Positions 11,185-26,000 are shown, numbered from the stretch's first letter. The stretch is DNA of 64,000 nt from Paraspadella gotoi (GCA_051294375.1 CM119267.1:10787045-10851044), one strand, 5' to 3'. The notes: generated by a model from the letters alone, not told the origin. Program-made: numbers and translations.

Positions 11185-13997
11185 TTTATAAAAAATATGT
11201 AAACAAAATTTTTTATTTATTTTTTCAATTTTTGGCTTAAAATTATAGTTTTTCTGAATTTTGACTAACTTAATGACATAATTTCGGAATAAAAAGTAAA
11301 TTTTCTTATATCAACTTTTTGCAACTTTAAACCCTAATTTTTTTCATAATTATTAATAAATATAGCTAACTTTTTATAAAATAAAAATTTAGAAATAAAC
11401 TTACCAAAATATTTTTATAAGTCTTTATTTTTATATTTCAAAAGCTCATTTAAATTTTATATGTCTATCAAAATTTTAATAATTTTATTTATCATAACTT
11501 ATAATTGTTTTTCTTTTTATGACAATTTAATATACATTAAAAATTGTCATTTTCGACAGAAAAATTATACAAAAAATGGTCATCACCATCGAATTTTACA
11601 GACTTGTTTACTAAGGCGTAGTGAAAGTTACATAAAAATTCTAAAAGTCAATTATGAATAACATATCATCAGTAAATATTAATTTGTAAAAAAAATTAAT
11701 TTTTTTTAAATTTTCGCAGCAAGCTATATTTATATATAGTACTATCCTTATAAAATCGAAAAATTTCAAAATAAGCTTTTCTTAATTTTGATTACAGATT
11801 TGAATTCCTCGTCAAAAGTTAATAAAAAAAAGATAAATCATTTTTAAAAATTCTTTCATTAAGTGGGTTAAAAATTAAAAAAAAACATATTTAATATAAA
11901 AAGTTAATTTTCAGCTTAAAACATAGCTTTTCTAATTTTTGACCCACTTAATGAGGGAATTTTTCAAAAAGAATTATATTTTTATCATTTTTTTATGACG
12001 AATCCAAATCTGCAAAAAAATCTTAGAAAAAACTGTTTTGAAATTTTAACATTTATTGGTTTAGTACTAGTATAAATATGGCCTACTGCGTAAATTGTAA
12101 AATTTATTATAATTTTTTTATTACATAATTGTTTATTAATATAATATTGTTCGTTCCTCACTTTTAGAATTTTAATTAAAGTTAAATTTAGAAATTTTAC
12201 CACGCCTTATTGTTTACACTAAAATAGCCGAGTACCTTATTCGATTTGTTATTTTTTATTATTTTGAAACGCCCTCATACTCAAATGTTAAAATTTTAAA
12301 ATGTTTTTTTCTTATTTTTGAAAGCAGATTCGAATTCCTCACGAAAAGTTGATATAAGAAAATATAAGTCTTTAAGTTATAAGGATTTTGACCCACTTAA
12401 TGAAATATTTTTTTAAAAAGAGTTATATTTTCTTTTATTAGAGCCAAATGGACTAAAATTTTCTAAAATGGCTTGAAGCATTAGTAATTAATTTTTTAAT
12501 ATTTATTTATAAATAGGAAATGTCAATTTTTTTTTGAATTTTGCATTTTTAAAAACAGATTCAAATAGCTTATGAAAAGTTATCTACACGAAGTATAATT
12601 CTTTTTAAAATATTTTGATGATAAGTAGGTTAAAATTGAGAAAAACCTTAAAAAATCATTATCATCATTCAATGATTTTAGCAGTTTTTATTAATTATTA
12701 ATTTTTAATAGTAAAACATCAAAATTTTAAAAAGTTGTAATTATATTTTTTGCTTAACATTTTAAGCTCTATCAGAATCAATTAAAAAAACTTAAAATAT
12801 CCAAAATATTTTTGAAATTATATAGCAATATAATAATATTAATTAACAAATTACTCATGGTTTTGAACTTTTTTGCAAAAAAAATTTTAACAAAATAATT
12901 AATACTAATAATGGATTAGTTTAATGCTGTTCCCATTAAACTTGAATTTGGTCGGCTACCGCTACTTTTATCAACTTTTTATGAAAGAATTAGAATCTGC
13001 TTTCAAACTTAGGAAAAAATTATTTTAAAATTTTGACATTTTTTATGGTGAATATTATGAATAAATATAAGCTTATGCAAAAATTGAGAAATTAAATAAA
13101 ACATTTTTTTTATATATCAATGTTCTTTGGTACAAGACTGTTCATGATCAACTATTATAATTTTTATCTGCCACTTTCACTACGCCTTACTACCAAGTGT
13201 CCGTTCAAAAGTGATACCAAAGAAATCTTTACTATACCTTTAATATCAATATATAATTAGTTACTAGAGAATAACTGAACGTTTTTTTTGGTATAAGTTT
13301 CATTTCATGTTTATTTACTATTCTAAGATGAATTTTTTATCTAACATATTAAAATTCAGGAAAAAAGGCTATTTTAAGCATGTTCTTGATTGCACAGAAG
13401 AAATATTTTATATCATAAGAAATCCTTAACAATGATCTAATTAATGGCATATATGAATTCTCGTAACATTTGGTAATTTTTTAGTAATGATTTTTAATTA
13501 TTTAATTTGTATAAAATAAAATGAAATTGGATGATCGTTAAAAATTTTTTTTTACACAAGTAAATATTAAATTAAATTTATTAAATCAGGATATAATAAA
13601 CATCCAGTACTTTGCTACAAGTTGGCAGGAAAAATTCAATGAGAAATGGTAAGCATTTTTTTGTGTCACTATGGAAGGGACACGGGGTAATAAAGTCAAT
13701 ACGTCGCAACATATTCAAATTTATGTTAAACGTGGATTTCTGCAATCAAAATACTCTTTTTGGTCAGTTGATCCATCTAAAACGTTATACTTGTTAAAAA
13801 ATTTAAAATTAAGAATTACATATTTAAAAAATAGCATTGTTAAAATCTAAGTAGGAAAATATTTTTTAAAAATAGGGAAATATTAAAGTTTGAATAAAGA
13901 ATATTTAATTATGAGTGTTATCATAATACTAACTATTTTATCACAAGAATACATATATACATTTAAAACATTAACTACAAATTTACGAATTGTACAT

Positions 13998-14051
13998 AAA
14001 AAGACTAATTTTTAAAAAAAATTAAAATTTTTTTTAAAAATTAGTCTTTTT
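13998..14051. repeat. Perfect 26-bp inverted repeat with 2-nt spacer
   Basis: AAAAAGACTAATTTTTAAAAAAAATT-AA-AATTTTTTTTAAAAATTAGTCTTTTT. Confidence 0.9.
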
Positions 14052-14954
14052 TAATTAAAAACTTTGTTTGGTTTTCCACTGAGTCTATCTTTTTTTTTTT
14101 AAATACAGTGATAAAAAAGAATTATACCAATCAATATCATTAGGAATTGCTTATTGTTTGCCAATCAACCAATCAATATCAAAATAAAATATTTTTAATT
14201 TTTATATGTTAACTATATAGTAACATAAGCTAAATAAATATAAAATAATTTGCAATTTTTCCCTTATTTTTTTAATTTTAAAAATATATACAGATGTGAA
14301 TACACTTTGTGAATAAATTCAACATAATCGTAATTAAATAACGTTATATTTGTCAATTTAATAATAAATACTAACTAAATTTTTTTTTTCAATTTTTTTG
14401 ACATTTTTAGTTGTTACAAATAAAAGTGTCAAGTTGAAAATATTTTGGTATACATTATTTATATATATTTACAATTTTGAGAAATACCAAAATAAAAAAT
14501 TTATAGACTGAACAAAAAAAATACTGTGTTTCGTTAAAAACTAATTCTTATTATTCTATTCCCAAATTTTTAAAACTGAAATCGTATAATTGCTAAAAAA
14601 ACAAAATCGGTTCATCCAATGTGTTGCGTTGTGTATTTCTCATGATATGACATGTCGTGATATGGCATGAGGCGACATGTCATGACTACAATAACTTTCT
14701 TAGCCTGTGTATTTATGACACGCACTGCATCGGAATTCCGTCTTTTATTGTTTTTAGCTTTACGATTTCCTAAAGGCGGCGCTCGCAGTCTCTTAGATTT
14801 TAGGTTTTTTCTGTCTTAACAAATGAGCAACTATAGGCAAATTATATGCATTTTTAACTTAAGTGGGACAGACCGATGGACAGACATACCGACCGAGCAA
14901 AAAATGCGAGTATTTGCGGCGCAACTAAGTATTCGGTAAGAACACAATTATGCT

Positions 14955-15178
14955 GCTGTGGATAAAGCGCTAAGTGGGCTGACTATCCGCAACTTCTTTA
15001 GTCCCTCTAACAGCCTTGGAACGGGTCCTGGGGTTGGAACCAGGCTTGAGGGTTTTCCACGCCCCAAGGCGGCTTACGGCCGTCCTCACGCTTCCCGCAG
15101 GGTAGGTGCCTGGTTGGGATTGAACCCGGTACCTAGTGGTCATGAGCTGATGGCTCTACTCAATGAGCCACCTGGTCA
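14955..15178 (-). mobile_element. tRNA-derived SINE (or tRNA pseudogene with body); 3' boundary approximate
   Basis: Minus strand shows A-box-like GGTGGCTCATTGAGTAGAGC and B-box GGTTCAATCCC (15116-15126) at tRNA spacing. The acceptor stem is broken and a GC-rich body follows. Confidence 0.65.
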
Positions 15179-16037
15179 CGACTGAAGGTTAGGGCGGAGT
15201 GATGAAAAGCGATGGAACAATGTTTTTTTGCTGCCTTTGTATATGTAATATAAAATAATTAAGCCCTTTTTCAAAAAAATTTGCATAACAGTATCATTGA
15301 ATTTTTTTTATAGTAATATCCTTATAAAATCATAAAATTTCAAAATCATATTTTTTTTAATTTTAAGAACAGTTTCAGATTCGCCGGAAAAAACTGACAA
15401 ACTTTTGTAAAATATGTTACATGATATTTTTAGGTTAAAGCTGCGAAAAATGACAAAAACTTTTCATCATATAACAGTTTCTACTACAAAGCGTAAAAAA
15501 ATGGAGAATTTAACCTTTTTTTTCGATTTTTGACGCTGAAGACATAGAATTTTTAATAACATATTTTATATTTTTGATCTAATTTTTTATGAATTAAATT
15601 AAATTAAACAAATTAAAAAAAGATTATTTTGAAAATTTATGATTTTATAAGGATATTACTATAAACATATTGTAATTAATGATACTGTTCCCCAAACAAT
15701 ATAAGCGAAATATTTTTTGTACTCCTTAATCATATTATCTCACGTCTAAATATCCTTGTTTGTTCACTCAAATAAAATTTATGTTCCCCAGTGCTCCACT
15801 CTACTGAAGGTATCATGCTTATAGGCGGGGTGAACTTATGCTATGCCCGACTACACAGCTGCTACACAGCCTAACTTGGCTATTAATTTCAGAAAATAAA
15901 AAAATTTCTGTATCCATTATATTAGACTGGAGCGATAAAAAGATTCAGTGATCTAATATGAATATTATTGAACTCTTCAATATGTTTATGATAAAATCAA
16001 ATTCTATGGTGGACTAAAATCCACCAACCGTTCATCA

Positions 16038-16173
16038 GCGGCCATTGGTGCCGGAGGCAAGTCATTCGCCTCCCAACCCAAAGGTCCGGGGTTCTAGCCC
16101 GGTGGTCGTCTGGCAGTTAAGAGGGACGGGGCGCTTAACCCGCCTGTAACATGGTGTATATATATATATATAT
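16038..16173 (+). mobile_element. tRNA-derived SINE with (TA)n tail
   Basis: GCGGCCA...TGGTCGT acceptor-like stem, degenerate B-box GGTTCTAGCCC (16090-16100), short body, then a (TA)n tail. Confidence 0.6.
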
Positions 16174-19100
16174 AATCACTGTCTCTTCATTTCCTTTAAA
16201 TTTTAACCCACAACAATAACGAACCAAATTAAGCCCTCCATCCCTTTCTGTTCAGACATTTAGATATTTCGAATTTTCAATAAATGAATATAATTAAATC
16301 TAATATTTAGTAAAATATATTAATTTTTTACATTTATTGTTAAATTTAATCGAATTTAGTCTCATATAGTAAAACAAGTAATCTTGAATTTTTCATAAAT
16401 CTTAATAATTTTTTTTTTCAATGTTTATATGCTAAACGTTAGTATTTATATCACGCTTAAATAATACTACATAGTTTTAAATCTTAAAAATTTAACGACG
16501 AATTTACAACAAACCGTCCCCGAACAAACTCGGAACGAGTAGAATCCCCGCTGATAAGGTGATCAGCAGAATTGGCGTTCCCACTGAGTGAGTTGGCCAA
16601 TTCCAGCCGTGTTTAAAGCCAAGCCACTTGAAATGACCGGCGGAACCAAAAGGTATCTCACCATTGCTCAGCACTACATCCGCCGGATATTTATCAACAA
16701 GGCATCTGTTCACAAATATAATACACTAGATTTTTATATCGAATGTTTTATTATTTATCAATACATTTCAAAATACGTCATACATATAATTTTTTCTTGC
16801 TTCTTAACAAAAAAATACAGGAGTCTTAATCAAGCATTTCCTTCTTATCTGCTCGCTCAAACCATCGCATGTTCAAAACTCACTTGACAACTTTTCGCGA
16901 CTTAAATTTTGTACACCCTCATTCCAGCTCTCCGAATTTTAGATGGACTGCCAAGTCCCACACACGTCATTGAAAAAAAATTATATTAAAACGATGCAAC
17001 ACTTACAAGCCATTAGGAGGAATTTAGAAAATAATGTCTATATTTTAAGAGCGTTTGACGATTAACTCAGCTAGTTCATTTCTCTTCAAGGGAACAATAA
17101 GGAAGAGGAACAATAGTGCTTTGTCGTTGACCATACGGAAAACTAGTGCTTCGCAACTGACCCTTTCAAAGTGGAGGAAGGACCGGACTTGCCCTCGGGG
17201 CAAGGAGGTCAAACGAGGGCCGAAGTTCACATGCGCAAATGCACAATTTACTATTTTCGTTTTAGGAAAGTGACAGGTTCGCCCTGGATCTTTTTTCAGT
17301 CATGCGTCTTTCTATATACCAAATGTTTATAAAAATTGTAATCGATCTTATTAATTTTCATTTGTCTTAATATTAATATTATTATTTATTCTAAAAAAAA
17401 TAAATATTCAAAGTTAAGACAAACAACAAATATGTTCGTTAATTATAAATTAAACTTTAAACTAGCTTTAAATAAAAAATATATTTATATGAAATTGGTT
17501 CTACTTACAACGCACAGAGCCAATTCGGAAAGAATCATTAAACCTAAATTGAACTCGGAGAAAGAAAATTAAAGTCGGATCAAGCCCATGAAGAAAGGCC
17601 ATCACGCCGTCCAAAAGGTTCAATACGGGATTAGGCGACACCCCGGGGCGAGAATCGAGGACAATAACTCGAGAGTCAATACAAGTTGGGCGATTGTGTC
17701 GGGATAGCTCTCGTCGGTCAACTCCGTAGGAGACGACCGCCAATAACAATCAATATGTTAGCCCTTTCCAGCCGGAAGTAGGCTTCTGATCATCGGTAGC
17801 ACTATCGACCAATTGCCCCATGAGCCAGGACAGAGACAAACTGACGCCGAGTTTAGTCCTCCACGAGACAGCGGGGAACTTTATTGAGTGAAATAAAATA
17901 TCCTTATTAATAAATTTGCCTTGACCTTAAAAAAAATATAAATTCAAAATTAAAATATGAAAATTCAACCAATAATTTAGGCTAATGAATAAAAAATAAT
18001 TACTGCACACGAAATTTACAAGAAAAAGCTCTCAAGTTTCAATTTCTTGCCTTTCGTGCAGAGAGCGGCATAGAGTAAGCCATGACAATATGTCATCTAA
18101 AATGACGTTAAATATTGTGAAAACGTTAACTATAGAATTACAACGCACAGGAAAACCTACAGCAATACGAAAAAAATTGTGATGGAATAGGAGTAATGGA
18201 ATCTTTTAATTCGAACCATGAAAAGAAAAAGAGAGCATCAATCATGTGAGTTAAAAGGGCGGTTCTTTGGTGCCAGGGTCGCTCTAGACTTGGCGCCAGA
18301 ATCTATATTTTCTTTGGTGGTTTGTGGAATCATGGGGATATAAATGACGACGGCAATTCCAAAGGCATTTTTTTAAATTGAGGTTATGAAAGATGGTTTT
18401 CGAAATCTTTTTAATTCCATTTAAGATGACAGATACGAACGTTTGAATAAAATAAAAAGGGAGTTCGAGAATCTGTTGTAAAAAGATTAACGTTTACTTG
18501 ATAAAAAATTAAACCACTCTACCCTGTGAGAAGTTCAAGTTAAAAATATTGACTGTTTAAACCATATTTTAAAAAAATATATGAAAAAATCGTATTAAAC
18601 AATTTTTAACAATTTTTAAGTTTTCAAAATAATTATACATTTTTAAAAAACTACACAAATACAATTTAACTGAAATAAAAGAACATAAATATCATTATTT
18701 GGCTAGATCTTAATTTTATTTTATGGGTTATAAAAGGTGTTAAAAATTTAATTACGAATATGTAAAAAATACCTTAATATAAAAGGGAAACAATATTCCG
18801 CTTGAAATAACATTATTAAACTAATTTTAGAAGTAGAACCAGAACCCATAATTTTTTTTCAAATTCGGACTCTGAACGAGTCACGGTCACAAGAGCGGGA
18901 AACGGGAATCATGCAATGGATGGTTACAGAAGAGTAATGAAGGCGAGCAAAACCGCAAGCGCTGAAAACATGAGATTGAATCCCTGCCATGCGAGACGGC
19001 GCACTAAATTGAACACGACGCCTTTATTCGCACCGTTTTATTACTTAAAAATTTGTGATACCATGTACGATAAATGTAAATTAAATAACAATATGCTCCA

Positions 19101-22100
19101 TAAATTGACTAGCAAATTTGAATCTTTTTTTAGCACGACTCATGAGCGTCGCTCCCCATAAAAAAGGATCGATTCTACGCTGGTATCCGTTACGGGTTGT
19201 GTCAACTACCTTATTGTTATTCCGACTGTGTCTCGCCTTCTTTCACTTAGCCCGCCAGTCTGTCTTCTCTGATCCTAAACAGAGGAAAGAAAGTGAGCGC
19301 CACAAAGTGTTTTGGAAGCTGAAATTCAATAGGCCTAATGACAGTTATAAACGTTTTGAGTCGGAAGGAAATCCTCCGCCAAAAGAAATTTTGGAATGTT
19401 AAATTTCATTTTTAAAAAATATTCGAGCTCTTTTATATTAAAAGTCGAAAATGTATACAAATCCGACAATATGGAATATTTGGATAGAATAATCAATTAT
19501 TACTTTGTAAACATTTGATAATTTTTTTAATCTTAGGTATAAAAAGAGAGATGACAGAAAACAAAATTAACGTGGGTCTAGTTAAAACATTGAAAAACAA
19601 ACCAACAAAACACGTGTTCTTTTTTCGACGGGTCACGTGCCGACCAAAGGCAAGACCAAACGCCCGACCAAAACAGACCATTAAAGACAATCGGGGGAAA
19701 AGATATGAGGGAAGCAAGCGAAGGACAACAGATCTGCGACATACAGTGACACGTGCAGGAGTGCGCGATGGGTAATGGAGTCACCAACGGACGTCATATT
19801 CCTTCTTTGTTTACATAGGACATTTCTGACAGGTCATGATTGAAATTAAAAATTTCTTCATTGCAATTCTCTCTTCATGTCTCTCTGTGATAAAAAAAAA
19901 AAGAAGGCATAATAGCAATATAATACCATGAACATAAGACTCAAGCTTCAGCTCTAACTTAAGATAAGTGCATTTTAATCCGTATAATTAAAACTTATGG
20001 TTAAATAAGAGAAATTATTAAAATTGTATCCATAATCAATTTCATAATCAAACTCAACGTCTACGAGCGTGGCGAAATTCGTGGCAAAACTCAAAAACTG
20101 AAGCTAAAAGTCAATCTCGTTTTTTCCATTACGTGATATTGCGGTTCCCTCGCCCATTTAAGGCGACGGGTGGTCCGTCCCTCCATCACCCGACCGTCCC
20201 TCGCTTTCCCGCTATCGGCACTAAAGCAGGGAGGAGGAAGAGGAGGATGGAGCAAAGATGACGTAGGAGAGTGCATTCTATTAGTTAATGGGAGTTGATC
20301 CCTTGACAGTTGATTCTGCAGAGACAATCCATCATAATGGCATCATGAGGGGGAACCTTTCTCATGTTTTCAATTTGTAAATAGGCCAAACATTCTACAT
20401 TTCTAGATATAAAAAATAACATTTTTGTAAAATATAATTGATTACGTAACAATAGCGTTACAATTTTTTTTTAAAAATCAAATAAGAAAAAATCTAGTTC
20501 ATTATCACAATTCGAATAACTAATCTAATGTTGTAAAAATTCGAATTCGATATTAAAACCAAAACTTAGGAGGCAAAAGAGAAAAAAAATACTATGGTGA
20601 CTGAAAGTCAGTGATGTTAGGAACTAAAGAAAAATGGGGCAGAATCATCGGAGGAGAACGAGATACGCAGAGCGCGCCGCATCCGCTGCTGCCCTCTATA
20701 GCGGCAAGCGCGGAGGCGCGCGGCAGAGGACGCGCTCGGCTGCCCATGCTGCGGCGGAAGGCGAGCCGCAATGCGCGTGAGACCGTGATCCTGCTTCGCG
20801 CTCGCTGGAAATAAGAGTCACCTAAACGACAGGCGTAGTCAATGAGGAGTAAGGAGAAGCACTTGACTTCCTTTTAAAAAGAGCGATTCCGAGACTGGCT
20901 TTCGAAGAAAAGCTCGTTCCGAATAAGGACTCGAGGATGTATTTTTTTTTCTTTCCCTCAATGAACTCGTGAGAAACAACTTTGTAGTTGGCGTCAAGAA
21001 AGTGGTAAAGCGTAAAAGAACTGTCCCGAAAGCTATTTCCTCCGTCCTTATATTTTCCTCATTTCCCATTGTGGGCGACGCGGAAATAGTTGGTGACTAA
21101 AACGCAGACAAATACGCCGCCGCTGGCGCCAGAGGTAAGGGACCGAGGACATGAGATTAAGCCTTGAGAGTTGACTGAGTTCCGACTCTATCTGTCCCAA
21201 TTAATGGTCGAGCCTAAGCGATAAAAATCATGAGACGTCTTCTCCGTCAACGAAATCCGCTTCGGTGGGAAACAAAGAATAAATCTTATCAGGCCGTACG
21301 TATCTTATGAATTTTAATGTGAAAGCGAAAACTTTAAAAGTTTTGAGTGGATTTATTTTTTCAATAGACATTTCTTTTAATATTCAGTAATACTAATATA
21401 TTAATAAATAAACTTCGCGCATATGTCGCTATTGTCGTCTCATCCTTTCAGCTGTTGAAAACAAGCGCAATGAGGGCGTCTCCACTGCTGCTTCATAACA
21501 ATAATGGGGGAGGATAATAACGTGGCTTTGTCTTCAAAAGCGAGGCAGTCATTATGATGTAAATGCATCCTTATATCTTTCAATGAATATTTTTTAACAC
21601 GTCAATCTGTGTGACGAAAAACTAGGTTTTCTAAAATCATGTCTGATATATAAAGTTCGCTTTGTACTAATCAATTAACAAAAATATATTCCGACACAAT
21701 TTCAAAAAAAAGAGGGTAAATCGAGAAAAAAATTGAAAAAAGGTGGAAACTTGCAAATGAATGCGGTGGAGTCACAAATTATGGTGATTATCTCAGTTGT
21801 TGGCAACGCAGTCTACCGTTTCCTAATCACTTCTTCGTCTTCGCCATGAAGAGAGACCTGAAAATTATGAACACAGAAGCCAAAACCCTAAGAAATGTTT
21901 GAGATTCACTGCAAAATTTATACAAAATAAAAAGAATCCCCCCCTTAAATAAAATTTTGATACTGTCTTTTTTAAGAATGGAAAATAATATTGACAAAAA
22001 GAATAAACATGTGCGAAGTTGCAAAGCCAACGCTTTAAAGGTAAATATTTGTTAAACAAACAGGAACAATCAACTCGACAAGAGTGAGATAATCGTCGAC

Positions 22101-23019
22101 AACTCCGAACAAGAATTAAATGAGGTGATTGTTGACTTTCGCTCTCGAGATGTTTGCCCTGAAAAGACTCGACCGCTTTGATCAACTGAGAATTCCGCGA
22201 TGCTTGATCTGTGAGTGGCGAACCCTCGAGCCCATAATGGGATTGGTCCTGTTTGCCCTCTCTCCTTCGCTAACGTCCCGTCGGTTCGCGAAGAAAGAAT
22301 GGGGCTACTGTTGCCGAGAAACCCACGCATAGGCCGATTACCCCACGCCCCCACGCGCAAAGGGAGCTATATTAAACTCATCAGTGATTTGTTAAATAAT
22401 TATTAAAAAGTATGCTTAAACTACGTCTTAATAAAGGAAATATTTTAAAATACAGTTTCATGTTTAAAACCTTAACACAGACGACAAAATAATAAAATTT
22501 ACTAAAAAACATTCAAATCCCCCCTCCAATTACTTCCAAAAGAGAGGAGATGATCACAAGGCCAGATGGTGAACCAAAGATTGAATCCTATGGTGGAATC
22601 GAGGCCGCGAGCTATGTCACCCACACCTCAACATGCGGGAAAGCAGCCGACCATGCGATAATGGCGTGAGTAGAGCTGAAATCGACTAAAAACCAACATT
22701 CTTTTTTAAAATTTATATCTAAAGATTTAAGTGCACTATTTATATAAAATATTTCGGACAATGAAAAGCTATTATCTGAATAAAATCAGTTAAAAAAAAC
22801 AACTAGTTTTTAAAACGAAATAACATATCAAATTCTCCTCTAAGAGAGAATCGAATAGCGAGAGGAGGAACCATCACCCTTCACCTCGAGGGTGGCAATT
22901 ATTGTGAATCCCATTGGGACTAATGATGGAGTCAGATGGGATTCGCGACGGGGCGGAGAAGTCGGCCCCATCATAAGAATGGAGAGGGAGATGATTTAGC
23001 AAATTCGTAGCGAAAAAAC

Positions 23020-23024
<5 letters not shown>

Positions 23025-23074
<50 letters not shown>
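23025..23074. repeat. (GA)n microsatellite, about 25 units
   Basis: Direct reading. Confidence 0.97.
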
Positions 23075-23078
<4 letters not shown>

Positions 23079-26000
23079 AAATTTCTATGAAACGAAAATA
23101 GGAAACGAGAAAGCAAAAGGGGGTGTAGAGAAAAAGTTAGAGCGTAAGAGAATCCGCGAATCAGGGGCTATTTGGAGACATTTAAACTATGAAGATGAAA
23201 AAATAAAAAGTTAAAAAACAAACATTTGTAGGGAAGAAAAAATACATAAAATTTAGTAAGGCAAAATGAGTGAAAAAAAATTATTGTAAAACAAAGAGAT
23301 GTTTTTTAAGCCCCAAATGAGTAGTCCGGTCAAAGAATTCCCGCCAGTCCTCCATTCCTGGCGACGGGGGCGTGTAATTGGCATGGTGTGTGATCCTTTC
23401 TAAAGCTAGAAGACCCCTGCTAATTGGTAATCATCTTTGTCAGTTTCGGACATCCCTTTCGTAGATACTTATCAGGGATTAGCCTCGAAAAGATAATCAG
23501 GACCACCGCATAGAATAATAAACCAAATTTATTTAGGTGTTTCATCTAATGTATACGTGAATCAGGCTAAAATAATCCCAAAATAATGTGGGAAAGTTTC
23601 AAGTAACGAGGCCATTATCGTAAGTGAGGAAGAGTTGGGAATGATCACTTTCCCTGGGAAAAACAATTTCAAGGGGTCAATTAAAACATATAAGTGCCAC
23701 AACGGTTGATTTTTACACTAAATTTAAGGTCAACCGACACAATCCTGAGATTTACTTTAATATTTTATGTCAATTTACAAATGTTTTTAAAAAATCTTGC
23801 AAACTAAAAAGAAACTGAAGAGAGAAAAACGTAAAAACGAAAAGAGAAAAAGCGAACCTTGTGACCACCGGGCTCGCGGCAGACGGTTTTATCACCTCGA
23901 CCATTATTACTGGTTCTCGAGCCATTTTGCCAGCCGCCGGACGACGACGCCGTCGTCCGACTGGCGCCATCTCGCCTCGAGTCGGTCAAAAGCCGACCGG
24001 TCAAAGGGCGACCGTCCGTCGACGACCACCGACATAGAAATCCCAGGTCCTTGAGGGGGGAAAACAAAAAAAAACCTCCCTTATGAGTCAAAAACGAGAG
24101 ATGGAGGGGAAGTCAGAAGAAAAGGCAGATAAAATCTCAGAAACGAGATATATCCTGAAGATTTGCGCCATTTCTTTCCATGAAGGTGAAGTGGGAAGAG
24201 AAAAGAAGAGAAGAGAAAAGAAAGGAAAATAATGGTCAAATTTTTCGTATTTTATATTTATCGTCACCGAGGTCCCTTTTTAAACAAGTCAAATCCGTCA
24301 ATCGCTTGAATCAGCCATTGATTCTCCGACCGATCGGTGTGTCGTAACTTTCGAACCGAAACGAACGGAGGCGAAGGGATTATGAGTTTTCGGCCGAGGA
24401 ATAGGCGATATCGATCGCGTCGCCGACTCACCCTCTTCGCCGCAAGGGGTCGATAGATCGAAACTGGACTTCCGACATCGCGGAGGCGACGATGGGCGAC
24501 CGATGCGCGGATCGTAACTGCCGTCTCCGATCGTCCGTTGCTCTACGATCCAGGAATTTTCCTAGGTGCCGACCGGGGCGGCCAGGCTATGAGAAATCGA
24601 CCGTGCAAAGGTGGAATGTAAAGCTCGGTCGAGTATAACCGGAGTTTTATCACTTATTAAATCTCTTTAATGGAAAAGAAACGTCTATGTCAAGGGATAA
24701 TCATAAATGGAGTCATGGTCAGATGAAGACGGCCATCGAGTCATGGTCAGATGACGTTGAGGGATCTAAAGATAAAAGAAAAGGTACGACGGTGGAAACT
24801 AAGGGATGTTCTAAGAGAACGAAGTCAACTAAAGCGATTTACAAAAAGCCATCGTTTAGGAAAAATAGACAATTTGACAATGAGATTTGAAGGTGTCGGA
24901 TTTTCAATCTTTCGCCGGAAAGATAGCTTAATTATTAAATGAATGGATAATTTTAATGGTTGTACAATTTTCATAGCTATCTGTAAATGAAATAAATTTT
25001 AAATATTCAAAAACCCATAAAACAAAACGCCTGTATGGAGAGTGATGACAAACAATATCCGTTTCTTGCTCTTCACAACGAAAAAATAAAAAGGCCCGGG
25101 GAAAACGTTAATCCTTCAATTCGAAAAGCAAATTGGTCAGAGCTAAGGGTAAGCCAGGAACAAGATTCGTCGAATAAAAATGCAACTAAGCAAAGCGAAA
25201 GACGACATGCATGAAACCCATTATGGTAGTCACAGGTACTAAATCTTTTAGGAGAAATAGGACCATCATTGTATCTGGCAGTCGGGCACAGAGTGCGTTA
25301 TGAAGTGAAGAGAATTTACGTTCGCCCTTGAGTCATTATTATGGTTTATATGCATGGCACCCATTCAATAGACGAAGAGATACAATGGGGAGAGAAAAAA
25401 AGTAGTAGCATATATGCCTAGGAGGTTTAGCGTGACAGTTCTCGATGTTATCTGGGTAAGCCTGAAAATACTCTTTCGAAAAACTCATCATTTATAGGAC
25501 GTCAAAAGGCAGAACCCATTGTGGTCCCTTTGAAAAGGCAAAAAAGCCTGGCAGCTACGCCACCGTTGCCTTTTGTCTTCGTCCATAAAAAATACTCAGG
25601 ACGACAAAGGCATAACTCATGACTTTGTTATAATCACTATCGGACTCGAGATCTCTATACCCAAGTTGAGTGAAAAATCCTTGACTGTGAGTCAAAGTAC
25701 GTAGTCGTAAACCGAAACCTCAAGTTCAAAGGTAGTATGATACTTATTCAATATTCATGAAGTACACGTTAATTTTCAAAAATTTTAAACTTTATACAAA
25801 ATAACGATTTTAATACATAATAGTTTATATCTTTTAACATTTGTCCAACATAAAATACTATATATATGCTATTATTCCACTAAACTCGGGAAAAACATAA
25901 GGTGAAGGAAAAAGAATTGGAGTACTACCGATTCCTCCTTTACGAGTATTTGCCTGAATTCTCTCAAGACGAATTTCCACCAACTCGTAAAAGTGTCCGC

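Larger units (their letters stand above)
9850..15690. mobile_element. Nest of AT-rich non-autonomous DNA transposon fragments (MITE/Helentron-like) in both orientations
   Basis: Motif GATTYGAATTCCT....AAAAGTTGATATAAGAA recurs at about 10959, 11797, 12326 and 12558, and inverted at about 11303, 11990 and 12968. GGTCGGT..GTCTGTC..TCTGTCCCACTT occurs at about 9859 and inverted at about 14861. There are long imperfect inverted repeats at 10676-10755/11540-11612 and 15288-15365/15610-15689. Confidence 0.7.

Noticed and set aside
15106-16110. Functional tRNA genes at about 15106-15177 and 16038-16110
   Set aside because: Broken stems, non-canonical D/T arms and attached bodies or tails fit SINE heads better.
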